Source of the DNA: Macrostomum lignano
Lineage: Eukaryota
DNA: 64,000 nt
Direction of reading: 5' to 3'
Assembly: GCA_002269645.1 (NCBI GenBank)
Contig: NIVC01001628.1
Coordinates: 62,001 to 126,000 of the forward strand
Part shown: positions 12,101 to 22,822 of the stretch, in pieces
Numbering within the stretch: position 1 is the stretch's first letter
Layout: each line of letters starts with the position of its first letter
Position numbers and translations under genes: made by a program
The notes under the pieces: model-generated
The model's database searches: none
What the model was told of the DNA's origin: nothing
Seen by the model: only the letters and a program-made list of their open reading frames with translations

Positions 12101-14488
12101 CGCGAAAGGGGTAGAGGGGAGAAAGAGGGAGACGGGAGAGGGCGAGACGTGAGAGGAGAGAGGGGTGAGACGCGAGAGGGGGAGAGGGGAGAGAGAGGGA
12201 GATGGGAGAGGAGAGAGAGTTAGAGACACGAGGAGGAGACGTGAGAGGAGAGAGGGGGGGAGACGCGAGAGGAGAGAGGGAGACGGAAGAGAAGAGAGGG
12301 GAGAGGAGATAGAGGGAGACGGGAGAGGAGAGAGAGTTAGAGACACGAGGAGGAGACGTGAGAGGAGAGAGGGGGGGAGACGCGAGAGGAGAGAGGGAGA
12401 CGGAAGAGAAGAGAGGGGGAGACGCGAGAGGAGAGAGGGAGACGGGAGAGGGCGAGACGTGAGAGGAGAGAGGGGGGAGACGCGAGAGGGGGAGAGGGGA
12501 GAGAGAGGGAGATAGGAGAGGAGAGAGAGTTAGAGACACGAGGAGGAGACGTGAGAGGAGAGAGGGGGGGAGACGCGAGAGGAGAGAGGGAGACGGAAGA
12601 GAAGAGAGGGGGAGACGGGAGAGGAGAGAGGGGGAGACGCGAGAGGAGAGAGGGAGACGGGAGAGGGCGAGACGTGAGAGGAGAGAGGGGGGAGACGCGA
12701 GAGGGGGAGAGGGGAGAGAGAGGGAGATAGGAGAGGAGAGAGAGTTAGAGACACGAGGAGGAGACGTGAGAGGAGAGAGGGGGGGAGACGCGAGAGGAGA
12801 GAGGGAGACGGAAGAGAAGAGAGGGGGAGACGGGAGAGGAGAGAGGGGGAGACGCGAGAGGAGAGAGGGAGACGGGAGAGGGCGAGACGGGAGAGGAGAT
12901 AGAGGGAGACGGGAGAGGAGATAGAGGGAGACGGGAGAGGAGAGAGAGTTAGAGACACGAGGAGGAGACGTGAGAGGAGAGAGGGGGAGACGGGGAGACG
13001 GGAGAGGAGAGACGGGAGACGGGAGAGGAGAGAGGGGGAGACGGGAGAGGAGATAGAGGGAGACGGGAGAGGAGAGAGAGTTAGAGACACGAGGGGGAGA
13101 CGGGAGAGGAGAGAGAGTTAGAGACACGAGGGGGAGACGGGAGAGGAGAGAGAGTTAGAGACACGAGGGGGAGACGGGAGAGGAGAGAGAGTTAGAGACA
13201 CGAGGGGGAGACGGGAGAGGAGAGAGAGTTAGAGACACGAGGGGGAGACGGGAGAGGAGAGAGAGGAGGAGACGTGAGAGGAGAGAGGGGGGACGCGAGA
13301 GGAGAGAGGGAGACGGGAGAGGAGAGAGGGAGACGGGATAGGAGAGAGGGAGACGGGAGACGGGAGAGGAGAGAGGGAGACGGGAGAGGAGAGAGGGAGA
13401 CGGGAGAGGAGAGAGGGAGACGGGAGAGGAGAGAGGGAGACGGGAGAGGAGAGAGGGAGACGGGAGAGGAGAGAGGGAGACGGGAGAGGAGAGAGGGAGA
13501 CGGGAGAGGGGGAGACGGAGACGGGAGAGGGGGAGACGCGAGAGGAGAGAGAGAGGGAGACGGGAGAGGAGGAGACGCGATAGGAGAGAGTTAGAGACAC
13601 GAAGGGGGAGACGGGAGAGGAGAGAGAGAGAAAGAGACTGGGAGGCTTTCAGGCCATAGCTCAAGACAGCACTGTCCTGAGGAGGCACCTGGGACTCGCC
13701 TCATAAACGGGTGGCTACTAATGCTGGGTCGATTGTGCCCGCTCGCATTGAAGAGCCTCCAGATGCTTTGCTAGCGTTAGCGGTCCTTGACTCTTTGTTA
13801 TCCAATTTTGTTTCCAGTCAGTCACAGCCTGGCGGACCAGCTGCTGGACTGCGACATCCAGCCAGAGGTGTCCGGCTCCGACCACTGTCCGGTGCTGGCC
13901 GTCCTGTCCGACGGCTACCCGCTGTCCGCGCCGCCCGACCAGCCGCTGCCGTCGTTGGCCGCCGCTCGCCTGCCGGAATTCGCCGCCCGTCAGCGAAGAA
14001 TCAGCGACTTTCTGGCGCCATGGCGCGGCGCTCAGCAGGCGCCGATGCCACCGGCAAAGCAGGAGCCGCCGCCAGCCTCGCTGAAGAAGCGAAAGCAGCC
14101 GCAGCAGCAGCCGCAGCCGGCAGCGAAGCGGCGCCAGGCCAGCCTGTCTTCATTCTTCGCCAAGCCGACGCCGACGCCGGAGGTCGCAGCGCCGGCCGCC
14201 GACAGCAGCGTTGAGAAGGCCGCCGCGGAATCAGACAGCAACGGCTCAGTCTCAGCATCATCAGCTTCATCAACCGCAGCGTCCAGCAGTCAGCAGTGGC
14301 GGCAGCTGCTGACCGGACCGGAGAAGCCGCCGCTGTGCCGCGGCCACGGCGAGGCCTGCCTGCTGCGCACGGTGAAGAAGGACGGGCCGAACCGCGGCCG
14401 CCGCTTCTGGGTCTGCCCGAGGCCCGAGGGCTCGGCCAAGAATGCCGAGGCTCGCTGTGACACCTTCCTGTGGGTTGCCAAGCGCTGA
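3185..14488 (+). CDS. APEX2: DNA-(apurinic/apyrimidinic site) endonuclease 2, 542 aa; exons 3185-3305, 3599-3884, 5334-5468, 6581-6677, 11625-11943, 13818-14488
   Basis: ExoIII/EEP motifs [45 protein letters not shown] and GSDHCPV. A PIP-box-like QASLSSFF and a C-terminal GRF zinc finger (CRGHGEAC...[14 protein letters not shown]...C) mark APE2 rather than APE1. All five introns are GT-AG with matching phases; the spliced CDS is 1629 nt. Confidence 0.95.
3913..5300. repeat. Minisatellite, 28-bp unit, ~49 copies (APEX2 intron 2)
   Basis: Tandem GGGCCAGCCTCCCAGATCCTCAG(TCTCT/TTGCT/TTACT). Confidence 0.97.
5625..6495. repeat. Minisatellite, 31-bp unit, ~28 copies (APEX2 intron 3)
   Basis: Tandem CCATCCCTGAGGCCTGAAGTGTCGAGTCTGR. 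Confidence 0.97.
7083..8070. repeat. Minisatellite, 20-bp unit, ~49 copies (APEX2 intron 4)
   Basis: Tandem GCTGTTAGATTTGGYGCTTA, in exact register over many 60-nt lines. Confidence 0.98.
8688..9603. repeat. G-rich minisatellite, 23-24-bp unit (APEX2 intron 4)
   Basis: Tandem GCCAATTCCAGTGCTGGGGGAA(GC/AC), with variants. Confidence 0.96.
10677..11196. repeat. Minisatellite, 22-bp unit, ~23 copies, with internal inverted repeat (APEX2 intron 4)
   Basis: Tandem GCYACCCTATCAGCAGGGTGAG; each unit contains ACCCT-N6-AGGGT. Confidence 0.96.
11990..13640. repeat. Polypurine (GA-rich) complex repeat, ~1.65 kb (APEX2 intron 5)
   Basis: Almost pure G/A on the + strand, built from GAGAGGAGAGAGGGAGACGG-type and GAGTTAGAGACACGAGG sub-units. 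Confidence 0.95.
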
Positions 14489-14509
14489 CTGAATGTAAAG
14501 GGGCCGGCT

Positions 14510-14945
14510 CTGTCAGCTGTGCTGTCGGTTTGTCAGCTATTCTGTCAGTTTGTCTGTCAGCAATTCTGTCAGTTTGTCTGTCAGCAGTTCTGTCAGTTTG
14601 TCTGTCAGCTATTCTGTCAGTTTGTCTGTCAGCAATTCTGTCAGTTTGTCTGTCAGCTATTCTGTCAGTTTGTCTGTCAGCTATTCTGTCAGTTTGTCTG
14701 TCAGCAATTCTGTCAGTTTGTCTGTCAGCTATTCTGTCATTTTGTCGGTCAGTTTGTCTGTCAGCAATTCTGTCAGTTTGTCTGTCAGTTTGTCTGTCAG
14801 CAATTCTGTCAGTTTGTCTGTCAGCAATTCTGTCAGTTTGTCTGTCAGTTTGTCTGTCAGCAATTCTGTCAGTTTGTCTGTCAGCAATTCTGTCATTTTG
14901 TCGGTCAGTTTGTCTGTCAGCTATGCTGTCAGTTTGTCAGCTGTG
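14510..14945. repeat. Minisatellite of 12-bp sub-units (24-bp higher order) just 3' of the APEX2 stop
   Basis: TGTCAGTTTGTC alternates with TGTCAGCAATTC or TGTCAGCTATTC. Confidence 0.95.
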
Positions 14946-15070
14946 CTGTGAGTTTGTCAGCTCGATGCGCAGCTCTCCCAGCATTTCCTTGCCCAATGAA
15001 TCCTTCAGTTGGCTGTAAGATGGTTAATGTCGGTGCATTCGGTTTTCCTGCCTCCCTGACAGCCAGGTGG

Positions 15071-15146
15071 TGTTACACTGTTACATGCTACACTGTTACA
15101 TGCTACACTGTTACATGCTACACTGTTACATGCTACATGTTACACT
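15071..15146. repeat. Short 15-bp tandem repeat, ~4-5 copies
   Basis: TGTTACATGCTACAC repeated. Confidence 0.9.
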
Positions 15147-15529
15147 CCTTTGAATCTGTAGTCCTCAGACGATCAGTCTGTAAATTGCTGTAAAAATTGA
15201 ATCATGCACCATGCTTTTTTAAATTGTTTTTCTCCTACAAACTGGAGTTTCCGATTTAAGTGCGCACTTTGGCGGGAGCTGCAAACTCTTTCGTCTGCGC
15301 CTCAGAGTGCGCCGGGCCAGACTGACGGTGCATTTCTTCTTCTTCTTTTGCAAAAGCAGAAATCGTATATGTGACTTCTATTAGCATCCTGTCTGGTAGT
15401 TTCTATTTAGCCGTTCCGTGGGAACTTGCAAGTTTTTATATTCCGTACTCGGTGACTTGTTTTTAATTTCTTACTGTTTTTTTACAACTCGCAGCGTTTA
15501 TGCAGTTCCCTCTCTTAATACCCCAATCT

Positions 15530-15820
15530 AAAAATTCCCTTAAGGAAATTCCCCCAAATATTGTAACGGATTGATCTCTGCTCAGAAATTACCTCATGTA
15601 TGACCATCATAGATATTCCTGTGCATGATTCTTAGATAGAAATTCCCTCTTACGAAATTCCCTGCTAAGAATTCCCTGGTAAGAATTCTCCTTTAAAAAT
15701 TCCCCTGTTGAAAATTCCCCTTACTAAATTCCGTGGTGAGAATTCCCCCTTATTAAATTTCCTGGTGGTAATCACTTACGAAATTCCCTAGTGAGAATTC
15801 CCCCTAATGCAATTCCCCAA
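15530..15820. repeat. Degenerate ~20-bp repeat with an AAATTCCC core upstream of RXR
   Basis: Recurrent (G/A)AATTCCC(C/T) motif at roughly regular spacing. Confidence 0.65.
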
Positions 15821-15935
15821 GGAGCCACTGCAGCCGCTCATCATAAATCAGCTGTCATCGCCAATTCCATTGCAGCTGACTCAGCCAGACTCTCCCACCC
15901 GGAATTCGCCACCGCCGCCACCGCCCCTGACGCGG

Positions 15936-17682
15936 ATGCCGCCGCTGACCCCGGCGACCGGCTGCCGGCTGTGCTCAATATGCGGCGACCGCGCCACGGG
16001 CCGGCACTACTCGGCCTACTCCTGCGAGGGCTGCAAGGGCTTCTTCAAGCGGACGGTGCGCAAGTCGCTGCGCTACACCTGCCGGGATTCGCGGCGCTGC
16101 CGCATCGACAAGCGGCAGAGGAACCGCTGCCAGTACTGCCGCTACATGAAGTGCCTGGCGGCCGGGATGCAGCGGGAGGCTGTGCAGGAGGAGCGGAACC
16201 GCCTGGCCGGCGGCGACCGCCTGGTGGGCCCGAGCGCTGAGGCGCCGAGTCCCGGAGCCGCCACAGCCGCGGCCGCCGCCGACCTGCTGCCGTTGCCGCC
16301 GGCCGGCCGGAGCCGCCGCTGCCGCTCGCCCGTCTCGGGCAGCTTCGCCAGGTCGCCGCTCGAATCCGACGAGCTCCGCCGCCGCCTGCTCGACGCGGAA
16401 GCCGCCTGGGAAGCCGCATCGACTGGCGCTGAGGTGGCGGGGCCCGCGCAGCTGCTGGCCTGGACCGTCTGGCTGCTGCCCGTGGCGCGGCTGCCGCCAA
16501 CAGACTGGGCCAGGCTGCTCGTGGCCTGCTGGCGGGAACTGCAGGTAAGCCTCCTAAAAATCGCCCTGGGCTAATAGAAATCGCCCTGAACTAAAAAAAA
16601 TCGCCCTGAGCTAATAAAAATCGCCTTGAGCTAACAAAAATCGCCCTGAGCTAATAAAAAATTGCTCTGAGCTAATGGAAATCGCCCTGAGCTAATAAAA
16701 AATCGCCCTGAGCTAACGAAAATCGCCCTCAACTAAAAGAAATCGCCCTGAGCTAATAAAAATCGCCCTGGGCTAATAGAAATCACCCTGAACTAAAAGA
16801 AATCGCCCTGAGCTAATAAAAATCGCCTTGAGCTAACAAAAATCGCCCTGAGCTAACAAAAATTGCCCTGAGCTAACAAAAATCGCTCTGAGCTAATAGA
16901 AATCGCCCTGAGCTAACAAAAATCGCCCTGAGCTAACAAAAATCGCCCTGAGCTAATAAAAAATCGCTCTGAGCTAATAGAAATCGCCCTGAGCTAATAA
17001 AAAATCGCCCTGAGCTAACAAAAATCGCTCTGAGCTAAAAGAAATCGGCCTGAGCTAATAAAAATCGCCCTGAGCTAACAAAAATCGCCCTGAACTAAAA
17101 GAAATCGCCCTGAGCTAACAAAAATCGCCCTGAGCTGACAAAAAATCGCCCTGAGCTAATAAATCAATCCCCCTAACTGTCCCCTAGGTGGCAGCACTGG
17201 CCAGCAGCAGTTCCCCGAGCTGTCAATCAGAGCCCACTGCTCAGCTCGCTGACGCCATTCGTCACCTGCGGCCGGAGCGGCTCGAGCTCGCCTGCCTGAA
17301 GGCCGCCGTGCTGCTCAAGCCGGAGGTGCCGGGCCTCCGCTGCCCGGAGCTCGTGAGCCGAGCCAGGCAGCAGGTGTACCAGACTCTCGAGCTGCACTGC
17401 TCAGCGCAGCCCGGCCGCTACTGCCGCCTGCTGCTGCGGCTGCCGGCCCTCCGTTCCTGCAGCCTCCGCTGCTGCCATCTGCCGGAGCCTCCGCCGCTGT
17501 CGCTGCTGGCCGAAGCCCTCGCCGCCTCCGCCGCAGTCGAGGAAGTTGGCACCGAGCCAGACGCTACCGGCGATGTCGCGGAAGTTGCCGGCGACGCCGA
17601 GTTAAGAGAAGAGAGCTCAGCCTCTTTTATGCCTCATCATGGCAAGAGGATTTGGCTGGAGCAGCTGCGGCGGCAGCCGTGA
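15936..17682 (+). CDS. RXR: RXR/USP-type nuclear receptor (NR2B-like) with a divergent, shortened LBD; exons 15936-16544 and 17188-17682, ~367 aa (start uncertain; frame open from 15807)
   Basis: The C4 zinc-finger DBD has P-box CEGCKG ([31 protein letters not shown]) and the RXR-specific T-box [13 protein letters not shown] remnants are [21 protein letters not shown] and [15 protein letters not shown]. The intron 16545-17187 is phase 0 (CAG|GTAAGC...CCCCTAG|GTG). Confidence 0.88.
16558..17163. repeat. Minisatellite, 20-21-bp unit, ~30 copies (RXR intron)
   Basis: Tandem AAATCGCCCTGAGCTAA(T/C)A(A/G)A. Confidence 0.96.
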
Positions 17683-18094
17683 TGCCGCGGTCTGCCGGGC
17701 CTCAGCGGCAGGTTGCCGGAGCCGGCCGGCACAAAACTGACCGCACTGCTCTCCGCTCCTTTGCCTTTTATATGCATATATTTCTATTTTCCTGAGCGAG
17801 TAGTCAGTCGCGGCTGTTACTGTCGATGTTTAAATTTCTGCGCCAGAGAAAAATTCGCCTTTTCATTTGCTCATCGCCCGCCTTGCTGCTTCTGCTTGTG
17901 AGAGTTTTGCTGTGCTGTGGGATCCCAAATCTACATTGCTTTTTCTAATCCAGCATTTGCTGCCAATGTCCTGCATTGCAGCGAAGGCTGAGCTTACTCA
18001 ACTTGAGTCCTCTGCTGCTGATTCCCGAATCTGAGACCCCAATGTCGTGGATTGTGGACTTGAAATAATATGAAATCACTAAATCCATGACTAA

Positions 18095-18480
18095 ATCCTA
18101 ATCCCAAATCCTAAACAACACGTCCTAAATCTCCAGCAGGTCCCGAATCCTAAAAAAGATCCCACATCCTCAAAAAGACCCCAAATCCCAGAGAAGATCC
18201 CAAATCCCCAAAAGATTCAAAATCCCAAATAATATCCCACAGAAAGTTCATACATCCCAAAAAGACCCAAAATCCCAGAAAAGACCCCAAATCCCAAAAA
18301 AAGATCCCAAATCCCAGAGAAGCTCCCAAATCCCAAATAAAATCCCACATCCCACAGAAAGTTCATACATCCCAAAAAGACCCCAAATCCCAGAGAAGAT
18401 ACCAAATCCCAAAAGATCCCAAGTCCCAAAAAGACCCCAAGTCCCAAAGAAGATCACGAATCCCAAGAACAGATCCCGCA
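18095..18480. repeat. Degenerate A/C-rich tandem repeat (AAATCCC / AAAAAGACCCC core)
   Basis: Recurrent AAATCCCA(A/G)A(A/G)AAGA(T/C)CCC units. Confidence 0.8.
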
Positions 18481-18817
18481 TTATATAGAACACAGATTGC
18501 TCAGCACTACTTCTCTCTGTACTCGACTGCCCTGCAAGCTCATGGGGCTCTCTGCCAGTTTGCTATTCTCTGCTTATTTCCGAGCCTCAGAGGCCGCCCC
18601 TCAGCCTTCCGCTTTCCGCCTGGCCGAAAAAAAACAGCGCCAGCGCCCTGAGTCTTTGATGAAGTTGCCGCCCGCTCGGGTTGCCTGGCTGAAGAGCATT
18701 GTCACGCCTTTTAAAACCGAAACTGGTCTTTTGAGTTTCTGGCTTCTGGATTTCTGTATTTTGCTGCTTCGGTAAAAGGGGATTTCACTTGGTGTTAAAC
18801 GGGGAATATGCTCTTCC

Positions 18818-19156
18818 AGAAAGTTACAGACAAATACAGACAATTACAGACAATTACAGAAGGTTACAGACAATTACATATAAGTTACAGAAAGTTACAG
18901 ACAATTACAGAAAGTTACAGACAATTACAGAAAGTTACAGACAATTACAGAAAGTTACAGACAATTACAGAAAGTTACAGACAATTACAGAAAGTTACAG
19001 ACAATTACAGAAAGTTACAGACAATTACAGAAAGTTACAGACAATTACAGAAAGTTACAGACAATTACAGAAAGTTACAGACAATTACAGAAAGTTACAG
19101 ATTATTACAGAAAGTTACAGACAATTACAGAAAGTTACAGACAATTACAGAAAGCT
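18818..19156. repeat. Minisatellite, 20-bp unit (two 10-bp halves), ~17 copies
   Basis: Tandem ACAATTACAGAAAGTTACAG. Confidence 0.97.
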
Positions 19157-19331
19157 ACAACTCTTTCGGCATGAAGACTAAAGCTGCAGTCGTACTTTAC
19201 GAGTCACAAGCAAGATATTGAAGCTGCTCTGACTGCAGATTATAGATCTAAGAACCTACTGCAGAACTACAGTTACTTGAATACTGCAGTTACATGTAAA
19301 GACAGTTCAGCCCAGCTTCCAAGCGGCTTCA

Positions 19332-20804
19332 TCAGCCCAGCTGCTCCGCAGTCGGCAACAGCGGCCTGTCCTCGCCATCGTCTGCATAGCCGGCAGCCTC
19401 CGGAGGCCCCTCGTCCTCGTAGACCAGCTGCAGCGAGCGGGCAAGCCGCAGGGCGAACAGCCGCCAGAAGGCGAGGCTCAGCAGCAGCAGCGCCAGCAGC
19501 AGCGAGTGGTAGACGAACAGCAGAGGCGGCTTGCCGGAGCTCGGCTGCAGGATCGGGTTGTCGGGCGGCAGGCGGTTGCAGATGGCGACAATACAGCGGC
19601 TGGCCAAGTTCGCGAGACCCCACACAGTCAGCATGACCCCGACAATCAGTGGTTTGGCCGCGTCCCGCTCAAAGCTGTCCATCAGCTCGTAGGCGGCCAC
19701 CATCGTCAGCGCGGCGGCGGTCGCGTCCACCACTGTAGAAGCGGTGTACACCGCGGACACGGCCACCGGGTCGGCCAGCCCAACGCCACTGACTGCCGCC
19801 AGCGCCAGCTCCAGGGCCGCCTCCATGACGTTGCCCGCCAGGAGCCGCGGCTGCACTGGGAGACGTCTGCGACCGCGCAGGCAGCAGGCGGCGACCACCA
19901 GACCTCCGTTGACGGCCACCAGGCTGACTGCCAGCAGCGCGCCGCCTGAGAGGTCGCTAGGCCGGGGGTCTTCGCCGCTGGAGTTGGCGATGAGCGGCTG
20001 CAGCGCCCGCTGCGCGTTGAAGGCCGAGGACCGGTCATCGCACAGACCCGCCAGGAAGGGGATCAGCGTCCCGAAGACGATGCAGCTGCGCTTCAGACGG
20101 CTCCGAGTCGGCAGCAGGACGTGCCCGCAGTTGCACAGCAGCTTCGGGAACGGCGGCGGCGGAGCCGTGTCGAGCTGCCCGGAGCTCGGCGCCATCGCGG
20201 CTGCTGCGTCGAGCCGCGGCAGCGCTAGGAAGGCGAGCGCGGCAAAGGCGAGGGCGAAGGCCAACCAGACGAGGCTGCAGTGCTTGCCAACGCTCGGGTT
20301 GGTCAGCAGGTGCTGCACCTGGATGCCCACAAACAGGCCGGCCGCGGAGGACATGTAGACGAGCGCGCAGAGCACCGTGCGACGCTGCGGCCTCGTCCGC
20401 TTGCTCAGCACTGCGTACATCACGTTGGGGATCACCAGGCCGTTGTAGACCAGCATGAGGGCGCAGGCGGTCAGCGTGGCGCCGGAGTCCGGGCGCCACT
20501 GGTCGGTGTACACGGCGCCGGCCATGGCGCCAGCCGATGCCAGCAGAACGCAGCCGCCCAGCTGCAGGGTGCGCACGTGGCCGATCCAGCAGGCCAGCAG
20601 GCCGCCCAGCACTGGGAGCAGGTAGCGGCAGGTGTACATCCAGGACAGCGCTGAGGCCGAGTCCGACACGCCCCCCTCCACTCTGCTCGCGTTGGAGTCC
20701 ATGGCGGCCAGTCCAATGAATTGGAACTCCATGGCCTTCTGCAGAAGCCGCATCGTCAGCAGCACCGCGACGAGGCCGACCGTGACAGCGCGGCCCGCCT
20801 GCAT
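19332..20804 (-). CDS. Multi-pass MFS membrane protein, 490 aa, divergent POT/PTR2 (SLC15-like); CDS lies in one exon
   Basis: An open 490-aa GC-rich ORF with about 11-12 hydrophobic segments. YLLPVLGGLLACWIGHVRTL resembles the PTR2 signature PLLGGxLADxxLGRxxT, and YELMDSFERDAAKPLIVGVMLTVWGLANL resembles the TM10-11 pattern EFxYxxAPxxMKS...G. The family assignment rests on motif recall only. Confidence 0.6.
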   Translation of the reverse strand: MQAGRAVTVGLVAVLLTMRLLQKAMEFQFIGLAAMDSNASRVEGGVSDSASALSWMYTCRYLLPVLGGLLACWIGHVRTLQLGGCVLLASAGAMAGAVYTDQWRPDSGATLTACALMLVYNGLVIPNVMYAVLSKRTRPQRRTVLCALVYMSSAAGLFVGIQVQHLLTNPSVGKHCSLVWLAFALAFAALAFLALPRLDAAAAMAPSSGQLDTAPPPPFPKLLCNCGHVLLPTRSRLKRSCIVFGTLIPFLAGLCDDRSSAFNAQRALQPLIANSSGEDPRPSDLSGGALLAVSLVAVNGGLVVAACCLRGRRRLPVQPRLLAGNVMEAALELALAAVSGVGLADPVAVSAVYTASTVVDATAAALTMVAAYELMDSFERDAAKPLIVGVMLTVWGLANLASRCIVAICNRLPPDNPILQPSSGKPPLLFVYHSLLLALLLLSLAFWRLFALRLARSLQLVYEDEGPPEAAGYADDGEDRPLLPTAEQLG

Positions 20805-20852
20805 GCCGGGACTGCGGGCTGAGCAGGGATGGCTGAGTGAGCTCTGTGGTTT

Positions 20853-21677
20853 GGCTGGCTCAGTGACGCCTTGGTTGCTGGCTCAGTGACGCCTTGGCTG
20901 GCTCAGTGACGCCTTGGTTGCTGGCTCAGTGACGCCTTGGCTGGCTCAGTGACGCCTTGGTTGCTGGCTCAGTGACGCCTTGGCTGGCTCAGTGACGCCT
21001 TGGTTGCTGGCTCAGTGACGCCTTGGCTGGCTCAGTGACGCCTTGGTTGCTGGCTCAGTGACGCCTTGGCTGGCTCAGTGACGCCTTGGCTGGCTCAGTG
21101 ACGCCTTGGTTGCTGGCTCAGTGACGCCTTGGCTGGCTCAGTGACGCCTTGGCTGGCTCAGTGACGCCTTGGTTGCTGGCTCAGTGACGCCTTGGCTGCT
21201 GGCTCAGTGACGCCTTTGACTGGCTCAGTGACGCCTTTGACTGGCTCAGTGACGCCTTGGCTGGCTCAGTGACGCCTTAGTTGCTGGCTCATTGACGCCT
21301 TGGCTGCTGGCTCAGTGACGCCTTGGCTGCTGGCTCAGTGACGCCTTGGCTGCTGGCTCAGTGACGCCTTGGCTGCTGGCTCAGTGACGCCTTGGTTGCT
21401 GGCTCAGTGACGCCTTGGCTGGCTCAGTGACGCCTTGGCTGGCTCAGTGACGCCTTGGCTGGCTCAGTGACGCCTTGGCTGGCTCAGTGACGCCTTGGCT
21501 GGCTCAGAGACGCCTTGGCTGGCTCAGTGACGCCTTGGCTGGCTCAGAGACGCCTTGGCTGGCTCAGTGACGCCTTGGCTGGCTCAGAGACGCCTTGGCT
21601 GGCTCAGTGACGCCTTGGCCGGCTCAGTGACGCCTTGGCTGGCTCAGTGACGCCTTGGCTGGCTCAGTGACGCCTTC
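20853..21677. repeat. Minisatellite, 20/23-bp variants, ~38 copies
   Basis: Tandem GGCTGGCTCAGTGACGCCTT and GGTTGCTGGCTCAGTGACGCCTT. Confidence 0.96.
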
Positions 21678-22300
21678 AGTCACCAGTCTGCAGTCCATGG
21701 TCTGCCCCAGCAGAAAGCGAGATGGCCAGTCTACTAAATGGACTCTGAAAAGCTATTTATGGCCCGGCGTTTCTGCGCCTTTGTGCGGAGCCACTTCTTT
21801 CGGTTGGGTGGGGGGGGGGAAACACAGCAGCTGTGCTGCATCGGAAGAGCCGTCCTCACAGCAGCGCCAAAGAGAGACGGAGAGCTAGTTGGCTGGGACG
21901 GTTAAGTGTACACTGTAAATCTCGCAGTGAAATTGCGCTGCCGTGAACGTGAATGCTTGAGAATGGAGAACGGAGGCTGCTGTGCCAGACAGAGGGGGCT
22001 TTTGTCGCACACTGCAGGGCTATAAGGCCTGACGTACTTCGTTGCGAAATGCAGCAAGCGCGCATGGTAAAATACTCGTACAGTTAGAAATATGGATTGA
22101 GAACATCAGCTATGCAGCATCTCAGAATCTCTTTGTCAGCCTCCGAAACGCTGCTATGCAAGCCTGAATATCGGCTCAGGTCAGACAACAAAGGGCTCGA
22201 GTCGCGTTCAAATCTTTGCTTTTTCTAGGGGCAGAGGGTGGAGGTGAAATTCTAAAACTGTCCTCCTCTCACATGCCCACCCCAGTGCCAGAATGCTCAC

Positions 22301-22329
22301 CTGAAGGAGGCTCGCAGCCATAGACATTG
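22301..22329 (-). other. Candidate 29-nt upstream micro-exon of the transporter gene
   Basis: On the - strand it is bounded by the acceptor TTTTTGCCAG and a consensus donor CAG|GTGAGC. It would splice to the acceptor CCCGCAG at 20812, 7 nt before the ATG. Confidence 0.45.
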
Positions 22330-22463
22330 CTGGCAAAAACGGTGGCAACATTTAAAGATTTAAGTTTTTTTATCGAGCGAAGAACTGAATAATACTTGAT
22401 GCAGTGGATTTCGTAAACAAATTAGCAAACTGCATGTAGGTTCTGCAAGCATCTGGGTGACTG

Positions 22464-22822
22464 GGTGCTTCTGGCAGCATCTGGGAGCATCTGGCAGGAT
22501 CTGGGAGCATCTGGCAGGATCTGGGAGCATCTGGCAGGATCTGGGAGCATCTGGCAGAATCTGGGAGCATCTGGCAGAATCTGGGAGCATCTGGCAGGAT
22601 CTGGGAGAATCTGGCAGGATCTGCGAGAATCTGGCAGGATCTGGGAGCATCTGGCAGGATCTGGGAGAATCTGGCAGGATCTGGGAGCATCTGGCAGGAT
22701 CTGGGAGAATCTGGCAGGATCTGGGAGCATCTGGCAGGATCTGGGAGAATCTGGCAGGATCTGCGAGAATCTGGCAGGATCTGGGAGAATCTGGGAGCAT
22801 CTGGCAGGATCTGACAGGATCT
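22464..22822. repeat. Minisatellite of 10-bp sub-units (20-bp period)
   Basis: CTGGCAGGAT alternates with CTGGGAGCAT or CTGGGAGAAT. Confidence 0.96.
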
